Shown here: piece after piece, positions 37,770 to 49,280 of the stretch
Layout: the number at the start of each line of letters is the position of its first letter
Numbering within the stretch: position 1 is the stretch's first letter
From: Sphyrna mokarran
Lineage: Eukaryota
Assembly: GCA_024679065.1 (NCBI GenBank)
Contig: JAGIQG010000013.1
Location: 48,236,001-48,300,000, forward strand
DNA: 64,000 bases
Direction: 5' to 3'
Program-made: the position numbers and the translations under genes
The notes under the pieces: generated by a model
Seen by the model: only the letters and a program-made list of their open reading frames with translations
What the model was told of the DNA's origin: nothing
Databases searched by the model: none

Positions 37770-37996
37770 TCTCAGCAGGCAATATTTGGCACAACTACTT
37801 TTGCTCGGCATACCAGCCCACTGATTACTCTCCAGATACAGCACAGGAAAGCTTTTGATGTGAGAGTCTTTTCCCACTGACGTTGCCTAGAGGATTCAGA
37901 AGCCCAATACAAATTTGTGGGGAAGACCAGGAGTTTGGCTAGCCAAAGCTCCAACTGGCTTGCAGTCCCTCCAATTCACTCCAACTAAAAGGGTCA
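37770..37996 (+). repeat. Unclassified ~220-bp repeat, copy 2
   Basis: See 34914-35131. Confidence 0.85.
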
Positions 37997-38222
37997 TGGT
38001 TTTTTGGTCTCAATTTCTCCTGAAAGTGTTGTAGATAATTCAGATATGAAAATAAAGTAGTTGTGCAGATTTTGATCTAACTCAACAAGATTTGGTTCTC
38101 CATTGTGAAGTCATCCCACACGTGGCAAGCATCTGTTTTATAAAGACTGCAGTGTTTCAGACCCAGCATCTGTTGTCCTTATTTGAATTAAAATCAGTGT
38201 GAATTTAACCATGTGAAATCAA

Positions 38223-38441
38223 GAGATGGAGATGCTGGCATTCAACTGGGATGGGCACAGTAAGAAGTCTCACAACACCAGATTAAAGTCCAACAGATTT
38301 ATTTGGAACCATGAGCTTTCAGAGCCTGTGTGTTTGTGAAGTAAATTCCACTCATCCGATGAAGGAGCAGCGCTCTGAAAGCTCATGATTCCGAATAAAC
38401 CTGTTGGACTTTAACCTAGTGTTGAGAGGCTTCTTACTGTG
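38223..38441. mobile_element. Non-autonomous hairpin Penelope-like element with inverted arms and TSD
   Basis: 70-bp inverted arms at 38256-38325 and 38372-38441 (7 mismatches). Leader GATGGAGATGCTGGCATTCAACTGGG. Flanking direct repeat TGTGAAA(T/C)CAA at 38212-38222 and 38440-38450. AATAAA follows the ribozyme motif. Confidence 0.8.
38352..38388 (+). ncRNA. Minimal type I hammerhead ribozyme motif (U4C core substitution)
   Basis: UCAU-CCGAUGA-A-GGAGC-agc-GCUCU-GAAA-GCUC-AUGA: perfect 4-bp stem I (UCAU/AUGA), 5-bp stem II, palindromic AGCU helix III and a CUC cleavage triplet. Confidence 0.6.
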
Positions 38442-38599
38442 TGAAACCAATGTATTAATCCCATTCAAACAGTTATGGAGAGGGAAGAAAAACAAAAACT
38501 TGGAAACTAAACTGAAATGTGTTTTTATCTTGCTGGCGTGTAATTGATAAGATGGAAAGTGTACGATGAATCAAACATTTAATAGAATGACATAGGCCA

Positions 38600-39164
38600 A
38601 TTCAGTTCTGCAGAACCCAGGGTTCCACTGGACTCATACAAGGGGGCTGCAGTAACCCCTTCCAACCTGACCAGGGGTCGTTTTCACACAGAATAGGCTG
38701 AGTAATGCACCTAACAGTAACCAATCAGCAGGCAATGCATGAGACTTCTGATTTTGATTGCTGGTATCTGAAGCCCATCCAAAGTCAACTGAAAGTCACA
38801 GGCAAGGCCAAGAGCGAAGGTGACCAGACTCAGAGCAAGGTAGTTGTATGCAAAGGGCAGAAGAGGCTGGAGTTGGGATGAAGCCATGGCAGATGGAGCC
38901 AGGAGAGAAACTAGTCTGAGATGAACAGAGGGAGCGTGACAGAGGTGAAAGTGAACATGAGAGGAAAAGGTGAGTATGTGTGCATCAGAGAGAGATGATT
39001 GTGTAAAATAGAAAAGACCTTTACAAATTTGTTTTTGTATGTTTGCACCCATTGTGCAATAATTATTTTGTAGTTTAACTCTTCAACATGATGTTTTTTG
39101 GGGTTCCAACAGTACTTTGGGATGTCAGAAGGGTTCCATGACTGAAACAGTTTGAAAAACCCTG
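38600..39164. mobile_element. Probable non-autonomous hAT-like DNA transposon relic
   Basis: The right end GGGTTCCATGACTGAAACAGTTTGAAAAACCCTG resembles hAT/Charlie-type termini. Subterminal GGGTTCC motifs occur at both ends; the left TIR is eroded. Confidence 0.4.
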
Positions 39165-40496
39165 GCATGGGCTAATGGAGTAAGGCAGCCTAACACAAAA
39201 ACCTAATAGCAACAATCTATAGATGAATAGGAACTGTCATTCCAACTAGATACAGACCTGTAAAAGGAGAAGGAACAAAACTAATCTATAAAGTGCAAAT
39301 ACATATGCATAAACGAGATAAATTATCCATAGTTCTATGTAGCCAGCAGTATATCACACCACAAGGCTGATAAATGTCCCTCATCTTTTGATGTGTTTCT
39401 GAAAGATTAGCTATTATTTCCCAGAACAAATCCAATGGGATGGGATTCCTCAAATTCAAATGCCAACACACTTATCACAATCACACAAGGCACTGGGGCA
39501 AAATTCCATTCTGGGGAAGTAGGGGTAATTACTACCTTCGCTGGCAAAACGGATTGCAAGACTTTAGTCTAGCTAAGGCATCAAGAAACTACAGGTCTGC
39601 TACGAAAGAGACTGAAATAATTCCAGACTATATTTTTTTTCATCTATATCTACTTTGTGCATGCATGCATGTAAATGTTTAAACCTTGAGGAAAAGTGTG
39701 TGCTAGTAGATACCAATCTTTATTTTTAAATTAACAAAACGCTTGCTGCTGGAATCATTTAAATTGGACAAAACGTTCAGGACATTAAGCTCGCCTAGTA
39801 AAGCACTGGATATTAGACAATAATAAAACACAAACTGTCAGTGACAACAAAAACTACTGGAACTGAATATAAAGGGGCAAAAATTCAATTTTGACATTGA
39901 TGTACTGTAACAAATCAACTACTTATTATACACCCTAATGGAAAAGGAGAGCAGGCAACTGAGCATTCATTGTGCATCTTGTGTCCCACAACCACTCCTT
40001 ATTTGCACAAACACAAAGTTATGATTAGACAATATATTAAACAGCTGTTTCATACCACAACAACCCTTGCTTGGGAGCATAACCTCAGATGCATTTTTAT
40101 TTCTAACAATCCTGAGAACACTAATCTCCAGCCTGTTCACCATAATTACATCTGCTGCCAGGTGGAATTGTAAGATGTATCCACAATGTAAATCTCCAAT
40201 CCTTTGACCTAACCTTGAAGTTTAAATACATCACCACATTGTGAAAACATAATGTAATTTTTCATGTATTATTATAATGAAAAATATAATGGGTTACTCT
40301 TCCTTACCAGAAATACTAGCAATTCCTTCTTAAAGAGAACAAAATAAGTGAAATTATTCTTTCCTAATACGCAAGTACGATTAAAATCTTCTGGTTCAGT
40401 TTCGGCACAAGTTTGTGAGTAGTGGATGTTAAGAGTCTTTTGCATTAGACCAAGAAGATTGTTCATTCTAAAGGTTTTTATGATTGCTGGTTAAAG

Positions 40497-40800
40497 TCAG
40501 CCATGGCTCAGTTAGTAACACACATGCCTGTAAAGTCAGAAGGTTGTGGGTTCAAGTCCCATTTCAGTAAGTTGAGCACAAAAATCAAGGTAGACACTGC
40601 AATGCTGTCTGAGAGAATACGGAACTGTACAGAGGTTCTGTTCTTCAGGTAGATCAAAAACATTCCTATGCAGTGTTTTTTTGAACAAAGACAGTGGAAT
40701 TTCCCCTATGTTAGTCAATATTTATCCTTTAAACATCAGTTAATAAAAAAGATCCTCTGGGTGTTTTCACATTGCTGTTTGAAGACTTAATGGCCAAGCT
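40497..40800 (+). mobile_element. DeuSINE (SacSINE1-like)
   Basis: tRNA-like head TGGCTCAGTTAG...GGGTTCAAGTCCC, then Deu-domain-like TTGAGCACAAAAATCAAGG...CAATATTTATCC...CACATTGCTGTTTG. Confidence 0.7.
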
Positions 40801-41159
40801 CCACAGTGACTCCACTTCAGGAGTACGTCACTGGCTGCAAAGCACGTCAGTACATCAGGAAAGTTGTGAAAGGCAGTCCACAGATGCAAGTCACTTCTTC
40901 CTTTCTTCACCACGAGACAAACCTAACCCTCTTCTCTATGATTTCCGACAACGTCCCTTTTGATGTTGAGAATCTAGACGGTGGAATGCGAGGTGTCCTG
41001 ACAGAGTCATTCAGCAGAACTAACCCAATGGGTCAAGGCCTCGGAACCTTTGGTTCAGCATCCCAATTCTGATTATCCAAATAACAAGCAGGTACAGCTG
41101 AGGTGGGAGTAGTGGAATTTTAATGTCAACGACTGATAGTTTCATGTGGAGAGAGAAGG

Positions 41160-41420
41160 GTTACATAAAAACACAAACTAAAAGCAGGATTATTCAGCCC
41201 TTCAAACCAACTCCACCATTCATTTTGATTGTGGCCGATCAATTTCAATATCCTGATCCCTTTAGCCCTAAAAGTATATCTAATTTCTTCCGGAAATCAC
41301 ACAATGTTTTGGTCTCAACTACTTTCTTTGGTAGTGAATTCCACACATCTACCACTCTCAGGGTGAAGAAATTTTTCCTCACTTTAGTCCGAAAAGGTTT
41401 ACCCCTCCATCATCAAACCA
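41160..41420 (-). mobile_element. CR1 3' end
   Basis: GGTAGTGAATTCCACACATCTACCACTCTCAGGGTGAAGAAATT is the antisense of an NFFTLRVVDVWNSLP motif. Confidence 0.75.
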
Positions 41421-41710
41421 TAACTCCTAACCAGTGACCGTTCCCATCAGCTTGCTCAGGAGACTCCATTGCTCAGACCCCTACAGCTAGGTTCTTGTCC
41501 TTTTCTCCAAACTGCCCACTGATCTCTTCCCGCTTTCCCCTCCCCCCCGCAACCTCCACTCAGAGACATTTCCTGCAGCGCAATGATTAACTGCTGCTAC
41601 ATTGATAAAATGGAGAACACATCCTGGTTATATAATATCAGGTCCAGTTACAATACTCTAATCCAATCCCAACCCATCACATCCATTTTAACAGAATCAT
41701 TTTTTTTTTG

Positions 41711-41712
<2 letters not shown>

Positions 41713-41740
<28 letters not shown>
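41713..41740. repeat. (GT)14 microsatellite preceded by T10
   Basis: Read directly from the sequence. Confidence 0.98.
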
Positions 41741-41741
<1 letters not shown>

Positions 41742-42504
41742 GCAAGCCACCAATGTGCTCTCAGGAACAAATTGGTCAGTGAATTCCTTCAGAGGGACCA
41801 TGCGCCTCCATTTCATCTGCAATTTTTAAAACTTAACACATGGAAGCCAGGATTTCTGAGTCTTGGGGAAGACAGATCACATGGATCCAGGAGGCAGGTG
41901 CCTTTACTGCATTACTCATGGGCCAGGAGCAGCAGCTTCATCCAGGCCCAAGAAGCTTACCTCCATTGGATCAGAATACTGTCTTACCCACAACCCCAGA
42001 TGTCCAATTAACCTGATGTGTTTGACCACCCCTGCACCCCCTCAGGCAGTCTGTCAATCTGCGAGCTGCCCGGCTGTAATATTATTGAAAATACTTAAAA
42101 GACTTCTTTCAAGTCAAACCTGTACTTTCAGTTTCCCATTCAAAAGTCCCCCTGTTCTTTACAGCCCCAAGCAATTATCCTGGATATCGTGCTCTCTGCT
42201 TCTCTTTCCCTTTACATTTACAGCTGAGCGGTCTCTAAAGGTTTCATTAGCCAGGTTTCAATGGCAAATGTTGCCCCTAGCAACTAACTGCTGGCATAAG
42301 TAATCAAACTCCTGACCTGGGCACTTTTATTATCTAGCTGTACATTCTAGGTTCCAATATTCAGAGTATTCTGCTATTTCCTTACATAAGCCAATGGCAT
42401 TAAAATTCAAGGGAGAAATAACCTTGGCATGAAATTCACTGATGGAGGCAGCCATATCCAAGATTTTCCCACAACAAATTGTACAGTTCTGTCACACCAC
42501 CTTT

Positions 42505-43500
42505 GTATATTGTAATCCTCAGATACTAAAGCAGTCCGTGTCCATATGCAATAAGATCTGAACAACATTCAAGCTTGGGCTGCCAAATGGTAAGCAATGT
42601 TCATGCCACACAAGTGCCAGACGATGATCATTTATAACAAGAGAAAACCTAACAATTGCCCCTTGACATTCCATTGCATTATCATCACTGAATCCCCCAT
42701 CATCAATATCCTGGGAGTAACCACTGACAAGAAACCAAACTGTGTGCAGGAGTAAAGATCTCTTAGAGCAATTGTATAGATACATGTGAGACTGCATCTG
42801 GATTTTGAGTTTAGTTTTGATTTCTTTACTTAAGGAAGGATATACTTACCACAAGAGGGAGTGCAATGTAGATTCAGCACACTGACTCCTAGGATGGCAA
42901 AGTTGATCCTTTGAGGATAGTTTGAGGAGACTGGGTCTGAGTTCACTAGAGTTTAAAAGAATTCTAGATAATCTCAATGAAAGATGCAAATTTCTTAAAA
43001 GGGTAGACACAGAAAGGATGTTCCGCCTGGCTGGTGGCTCTAGAACTAGGAGCACAGTTTCACAATATGAGATCAGCCATTTAGGACTGAGATGAGGAAT
43101 TTCTTCACTTGTAGGGTAATAAATCCTTGTAAAATCCCCACTCCCACAGGGTTATGGGAGCTCAGTCATGTTCAAGGCAGAAATAGATAGGTGTCTAGAC
43201 AGAGGCAGCAAGGGATAGTGGGATAATGCTGGAAAATATTAAGGCACAAGATTAGCTATAATATAACTGATTGGCAGAGCAGGCCAGAGGGTTAAATGGC
43301 ATACTCCTGCTTTAATGGTCCTACTCATCCTCTACAAGACAAGTCAGGAGTGTGAAGGAATGCTTTCCACTTGCCTGGATGAATGCTGCCCCAGCAACAC
43401 ACAAGCTCAGTAGCATTCCAGAATATGGCAGCTCACTTGATTGACATCCAACAGTTAAAACACTCATACCCTCCATACTAACAGTGCAGCATTGTGCAGG
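42505..43500 (+). mobile_element. Second-family LINE (42505-42742, resumes 43320-43500) interrupted by a nested CR1 3' fragment (~42770-43315)
   Basis: The outer pieces are collinear with 29020-29460. The inner piece has CR1 C-terminal motifs and a 3' UTR (GGCAGAGCAGGCCAGAGGGTTAAATGGCATACTCCTGCT). Confidence 0.65.
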
Positions 43501-45499
43501 TTTCAGCTCACCAGAAGATGAGCTCATACATGAGTTCTGTTTCAGAGAAGTCAATTGAAGAACTCAATAGGCATGCTCTAGATAAAGTCTGATAGATGTA
43601 CACAACCAAATATTTGGTGCACTGGAAAACCTACCACAAACTCTGCACTCAGTGCCAAGGAACATTGAGTCCAGCAATAGTTTGGCTCAGGACTTTGTGC
43701 AGAGCTCAGATTCCATCCTTTCCAATACAGAATGGCAGTCACCTTTGGAGCCCACCATGATGCATTGTGTAATGGATGATATCACAGCTTTGTAAGATCA
43801 GGTTGCTGTTCAAATTATTGCTTTGCAACCTCAGGCTACTGCCTTCATAATGCTGTATGCAACTGTTCAAAAGGGCTTCTACAGAATGTCAAGAGGTCCA
43901 TCAAGCTCTTCCCCAATACATTAGTATGAATGTTAAAACACTGCATAAGAACTTGAGAAATAGCAGCAGATGTTGATCCTGTGGCCTAAAGTACTCTACT
44001 ATTCAATACAATCTTCAGTTTTAACTCCTGGTATCCTTTGATTCAAAAAGGAAATCTGCCTCAGCCTTAAATATATTCAACAACAAAGTATACACAATAA
44101 AGATTGGTCAAGCACGGTCTATCTTTCACAAATCCTTTGGGCTTTCCTTAATTAACTGCAACTCAAGAGCCGACTTAATTCTTCCCTTTTTAATGGTTCT
44201 AAAACTATACCCACTCATGATGTTAAACCAACTGGCTTTTAGTTTACTCAACACGTCTTTGTACCATTTCTTGTGTAGGAGTGTCAAAATTTCACAATTT
44301 GCAATCCACTGCAAACTCAACCGTAACCAGAGAAGATTAGAAGACTATAGTGCCTATCCCCTGCCAGTTTGTTTTAAGCCCTCTCCAACCACACAACTGA
44401 TCCTCCTTTTAAGGAGAGTTATAATCCTCCCCTCTCTGTTGTACATGTGGGTACCAACTTCTGTCTAATTCACTACTTTCTGCAGAATATCTTGCACCTT
44501 CACATGTCCTTTACCATGGAATCAGAGATGCAACACAGTTAATCAGCACATGTAAAGATAGATCAGTGAAGTATTTCAGGCATAACTCTTCACCAGAGCT
44601 AGTTGCTGCTGCCTGAGAAAATAGCTGAAGAACGAGGGAGTGTATCCTTACATATTGACATATATGCCTAATGATCAAGGACTATGATAAGCCACATGAA
44701 TTTAAACTATGATTATTTGCAGAAAATTCGGCTGCTCTGTAAAATTACTACAAACATTTGTCGATGAAGTGGATAAAGATGCTTGTTCTAACAAACAATG
44801 CATCTGTAGCTTGCATGACTTACAATAATGTTGAATCAATGATTTTATCTGCAATGCTTGTCCCTTGTATTCGTCTTTGCAAAACTAGTTTAGATGTTGT
44901 TGCTCACACTACTGCTGGATGAATGCATAGTGCATTTACGATCTCACTCCATCCACTATTTAATGTAATGTTAACCAGATTCATCTAAATAGGTTTTCAA
45001 CACCACTCAAAAAATGTACAAAGGATTGTCATAACAAATACATTAAGCATGGCTAACATTGCCAGTAATAATTTAAGTTTTGTACAGAGGACACTGTTTT
45101 TAAGATTAACAGGCACATAGCACCAGAAATGCAGATCAGGGTTGAAAAAATTTAAAATTCACATCAAAAACCCAACTGTTACATTTGCTTTGAGATTCGC
45201 ATCATCCCTCTTGGCCCATTTCCAGCAGTGCACATTTAATGTTGGAGTCTAAAGCATTGAAACTTGCAGGAATTCTGGTGGGTGGCTCATCTTGATCAAA
45301 GAGAGCAGAAAAGTAGTTGGATGGCCAACAGACCTGCACCCACTTAATCTGGGAATGCTGAAAAGAAAATGATGACCAAGCATAACCAGACCACTCCCCA
45401 AATTTTTCCCTGTTCACTCGGAGAGCAGTACCTCTGTACGTCCAGGGAATGGGAATTCTCCAAGGTTCTATCTTCCGCTCTGCAGATGATATTCTCTTT

Positions 45500-45783
45500 T
45501 TATTTATTAGTAGCACACGTTGGCTTACATTAACACTGCAATAAAGTTGATGTGAAAATTCCCTAGTCACCACTTTCCAGCTCCTATTCGGGTACATTGA
45601 GGCAGAATTTAGTATAGCCAATGTGCCTAATCAGCACATCTTTCAGACTATGACAGGAAACTGCAACAACTGGAGGAAGCCCACACAGACATGGGGAGAA
45701 CATGCAGACTCCACACAGACATTGAACCTGGGTCTCTGGTGCTGTGAGGCAGCAGTGCTACCACTGTACCACCGTGCCATCCC
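45500..45783 (-). mobile_element. V-SINE, alternative-tail subfamily
   Basis: Reverse complement aligns with 17159-17443 from head to AATAAAT. Confidence 0.85.
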
Positions 45784-46492
45784 AAGAAGCTTTTCATGAA
45801 TTGTGTGATATGTAGGATTAACACTTACAATAATCTGTGGATCAAATTAATTATCATCTCACCCTATGACACAATTGGTGCAATATGAAACCAAGCCAGA
45901 AATTTTAAAGGTTAAAGCAACTAAATCACCTTTATTTCCAATTAGATGGAATTATGAAGTACAACAGATTTGAACAAGTATTAACAGTACAGTGCAAAAA
46001 TCTAATGAGTGGTGCATATGATGGCTAATCATTATCGAAGGGGCTCTCAAAAAGGATAAGGTTTAGTGGTTACCAGACATTGTTCCAATCCTTTTAAATC
46101 ACTTTCAAATGTGTGATATGCAACAAAAGAATTTCCTCAGAAGTGATGATAAAAGAATTTTCCACCATGATTTGGGTGGGTGTAGAATTAGAATTCCTCT
46201 AAGTGCACAGCGTAATCCATCACTAACAAAATATTAATCTTTTTGAAGAGATACTCAAACAGTGTCAGCTTACCAGCTCCAGATGCTCTTCTTAATAGAA
46301 AAACTTCTACATTCTACTGATGGAACATGGGTTGCACAGTATCGCTATAGGGTGTTTCTCATATTATTTTGTTTTATGACTGAAAGCAGGAAAACAGCCA
46401 TTTAAATAGTCAATAAATTCTTTAAAACTTTCGTAAACTTTTAATCTTTTTTTCAGAACTTGATCACCCAGTGACTTAACTTGGGGAACATT

Positions 46493-46620
46493 AACTAAGT
46501 TGCTGCTTAGTGTCAGGAGGGATTAGTAGAGTAAATACATGGGGTTATAGAGTGGGAAAGGATTGTTGTCAGTGCAAGTTCAAAGGACCAAATGGCCTCT
46601 TCTAGCACTGTACGGATTCT
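46493..46620 (+). mobile_element. HE1 SINE 3' half
   Basis: Aligns with 23768-23915 and 9436-9556. Confidence 0.7.
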
Positions 46621-48314
46621 TTGAGAATAAAAGAACACGTACTGAGTGTGCGGTGGGAACAGGGTCTTTCAGAAAGGAATTGGATGAGCCGAGGAAAGAA
46701 AGCAAACCGCGGGAAGAGGAAAGGATCGGGTAGTGGGGCTAGCTGAGTTGCTCTTGATCAGGGGCAGCAGGAACTGGACAGGTCAAATGGTTTCCTTTCT
46801 GACCCTTCCATAATCACATTAGCAGCTCACAAATCTCACACCCTCTCACCCCTAAATTGGAACTGCAGTTGACCCAACCACAGTGACTCAGAAGAAGTTT
46901 CTTCCTCTCCTGCTCCTTCCCCCAAACATCCTATCACCCGTCAAACATATAAAGACTGTGTAAAAATCAGGATTTATAATCATTATTATTACACCACTAA
47001 TACAAAGTGCTTCTGAAATCTACTAAATTTATCATCCTTCAATGTGGAATTTTCCCAGACTTCATTGTGCAAATTGGATGTCTTGTTCTCTCATAAAAAT
47101 GAATCAAATGATTATTCAGACTGACATAACGCAGCTGCTTTATATATTATACATAGCTCTTTGCATTCTTTAGCCACTTAGTGCAGAACTTGAGTATCGC
47201 TAAAAAGACAGACATGTTGTTGTTTTACAATGTTGCACTCATCAGGACAAACATGACACGTTTCAAGTAATCACAACAATTTTTGCAGAAGAGGATGCTG
47301 ATTTGTCGTCAGAGGCATTGCCATGAAGAGAGCAAAGGGGAACTATAGGTTCCCCAAGCTCCCCAGTAATTTATAAAAGACTTGAATTTCCTTTTGTTTG
47401 CAGAGAAAGGGGCCCAGCGAATAAATATATGTCGCTTCCAGCCATGTGACAAACTCAACAGTTAAGCTTAAATTGGAAATCAGAACATTTCTGCCTCTGT
47501 AAGTCAGATTTGAGAGAAAGTGCCCCAAATCTTTGTATTTTCACTCTGGGAATAAAAGGTGCCGACAAGAGTCTAACCTGTCGACTCCAGAAATAGGCTG
47601 GAGACAGCCACAAGTTAACAGAGTGCTGAGGTGGATCCTTTCAACAGCCCATTGTGGTGCTCTGAGAATTTGTTCAAAACCGCCCTCATCCCCATTCAAC
47701 CTCCATACACCTCCCATGCCCATCACCCCAAGCACCCTCATTCCCTCCATGCCAACCCATGCCCTCTATGGTGCTTCATAGATTTGTGTCAACTCATACA
47801 ATCCATCACCCCCATTCATCTCCATACCCTTGTGTCAACTTAATGCTAACTCATAAATCCATAGGACCCTGCTCATTCCTGTTGCCCCAATGCCAACTTA
47901 GTGCCAAGACATGCCCAATTTTGTTCCTTACACCTTCCATGCCAACTCACCCCTCACTATGGTACCAAGCACCTCTATTTTTCCCAACTGCAGGCTATTC
48001 TATCTATTCTTAACAATTCCAAGGGGACAGCCAACCTCCCCCCTCCGTTCTCCCCCCCCACTTCCCCAGTAGGCAGCAACCCTCTCTCCACCTCCCCCCC
48101 TCCCACCCCAGGGAAGTCAACCTCTTCAGAAAAAAAAAGACCAGCAGCTTTGGACCTTTTCCTTGAATGTCTAAACCCATAAGTCATGTTTTGACAATCC
48201 TAGTAACAAAAACTGGATCTGTTTGAAGGCAGCCCTACTTCCATATGTTGCAAAATGCGACCTGCACCCATTTCCCTCTAAGATTTAAATATTCATGAAT
48301 AATTTAAAATACAC

Positions 48315-48520
48315 TACATGGGCATACCACCACCTGTAAGTTATCCTGCCTTGAAAAAGTTGCCATTCCTTCAATGCTCTCCCCCAATTGCACTTTGGGT
48401 GTACTTACTTCATGAAATGCAACAAATCAGGAAGGCAGCTCACCAACTCTTTCTCAAGTCAATAACAGATGGGCAATAAATGTTGGCCTAACCAAAAATA
48501 CCCACACCCAAGAATGAATT
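48315..48520 (+). mobile_element. 3' end of second-family LINE
   Basis: AAGGCAGCTCACCAACTC...GATGGGCAATAAATGTTGGCCTAACC...GAATGAAT, comparable to 29690-29770. Confidence 0.6.
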
Positions 48521-48839
48521 TTTCAAAGTCTGATTTCGAATTAAAATATGACAAATATGCTGAATATCAGTTCTTTATTTGCCTAGGATTTTAAAGTTTA
48601 TTTTTCATAAAAATAACTTTGCAACCATGATTCAAATTCACCCTTAAAGCCAATAGGTGCAAACACAGCATTTTTTTCAATATTTTTTGTTTTGAGTCAA
48701 TATTACGAGACTATATATTTCCCCCACCAACATTTGACTAAATACAAGTTTTATCAGCAATACATAAACATAGTTTAATATGATTTTTAAAAAATCAAAG
48801 CTCTTGTTCATTTAAAAATGCAAAATATATATTTTTTTT

Positions 48840-49280
48840 AAAGACAAGGCTAGGCAAATTCTTGATTAACAAAGGAGTGAAAGGCTGGTGAGGTCTAGGC
48901 AGGAATGAAGAGTTTAGGTTAAAATCAGATCAGCCACGATCTTACTGAATAGTGGAGCAGGCTTGAAGGGCCAAATGGCCTACTTCTGGACCTTATTTGC
49001 ATATTTGTATGTTTTGAGTGACTGTGAATATAGTGGTGCTCCCCAGGAATCAGTATCACTTTTCTTATCTATATTGACTGACCAATGATGTACAAGATAA
49101 AATTTCAACATTTGCAATTGATATCAAACTTTGAAGTGTTACGAACTCTGACGAGGATAATGAAACTTCACAGACAGCAGGGGTGTATTGGTAGGAGAAA
49201 TGGCTGATTAAATTTAATGCAGCGATGTATGAAGCAATAAATTATGATAGGAAGAACAAGGAAAGACAATATAAAATAGA
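48840..49280 (+). mobile_element. CR1 fragments (3' UTR 48840-48995; decayed RT piece 49030-49280)
   Basis: AGATCAGCCACGATCTTACTGAATAGTGGAGCAGGCTTGAAGGGCCAAATGGCCTACT, plus degenerate PQGS and FADD-like motifs. Confidence 0.6.

Noticed and set aside
41583-42303. Overlapping 142- and 146-aa ORFs
   Set aside because: One runs through a T/GT microsatellite, neither shows recognisable homology, and both are consistent with chance ORFs in repeat-derived DNA.
46268-46330. Donor CTG|GTAAGC as a possible IGSF11 first exon
   Set aside because: Upstream ATGs run into stops immediately, and the possible 17-nt mini-exon would break frame.
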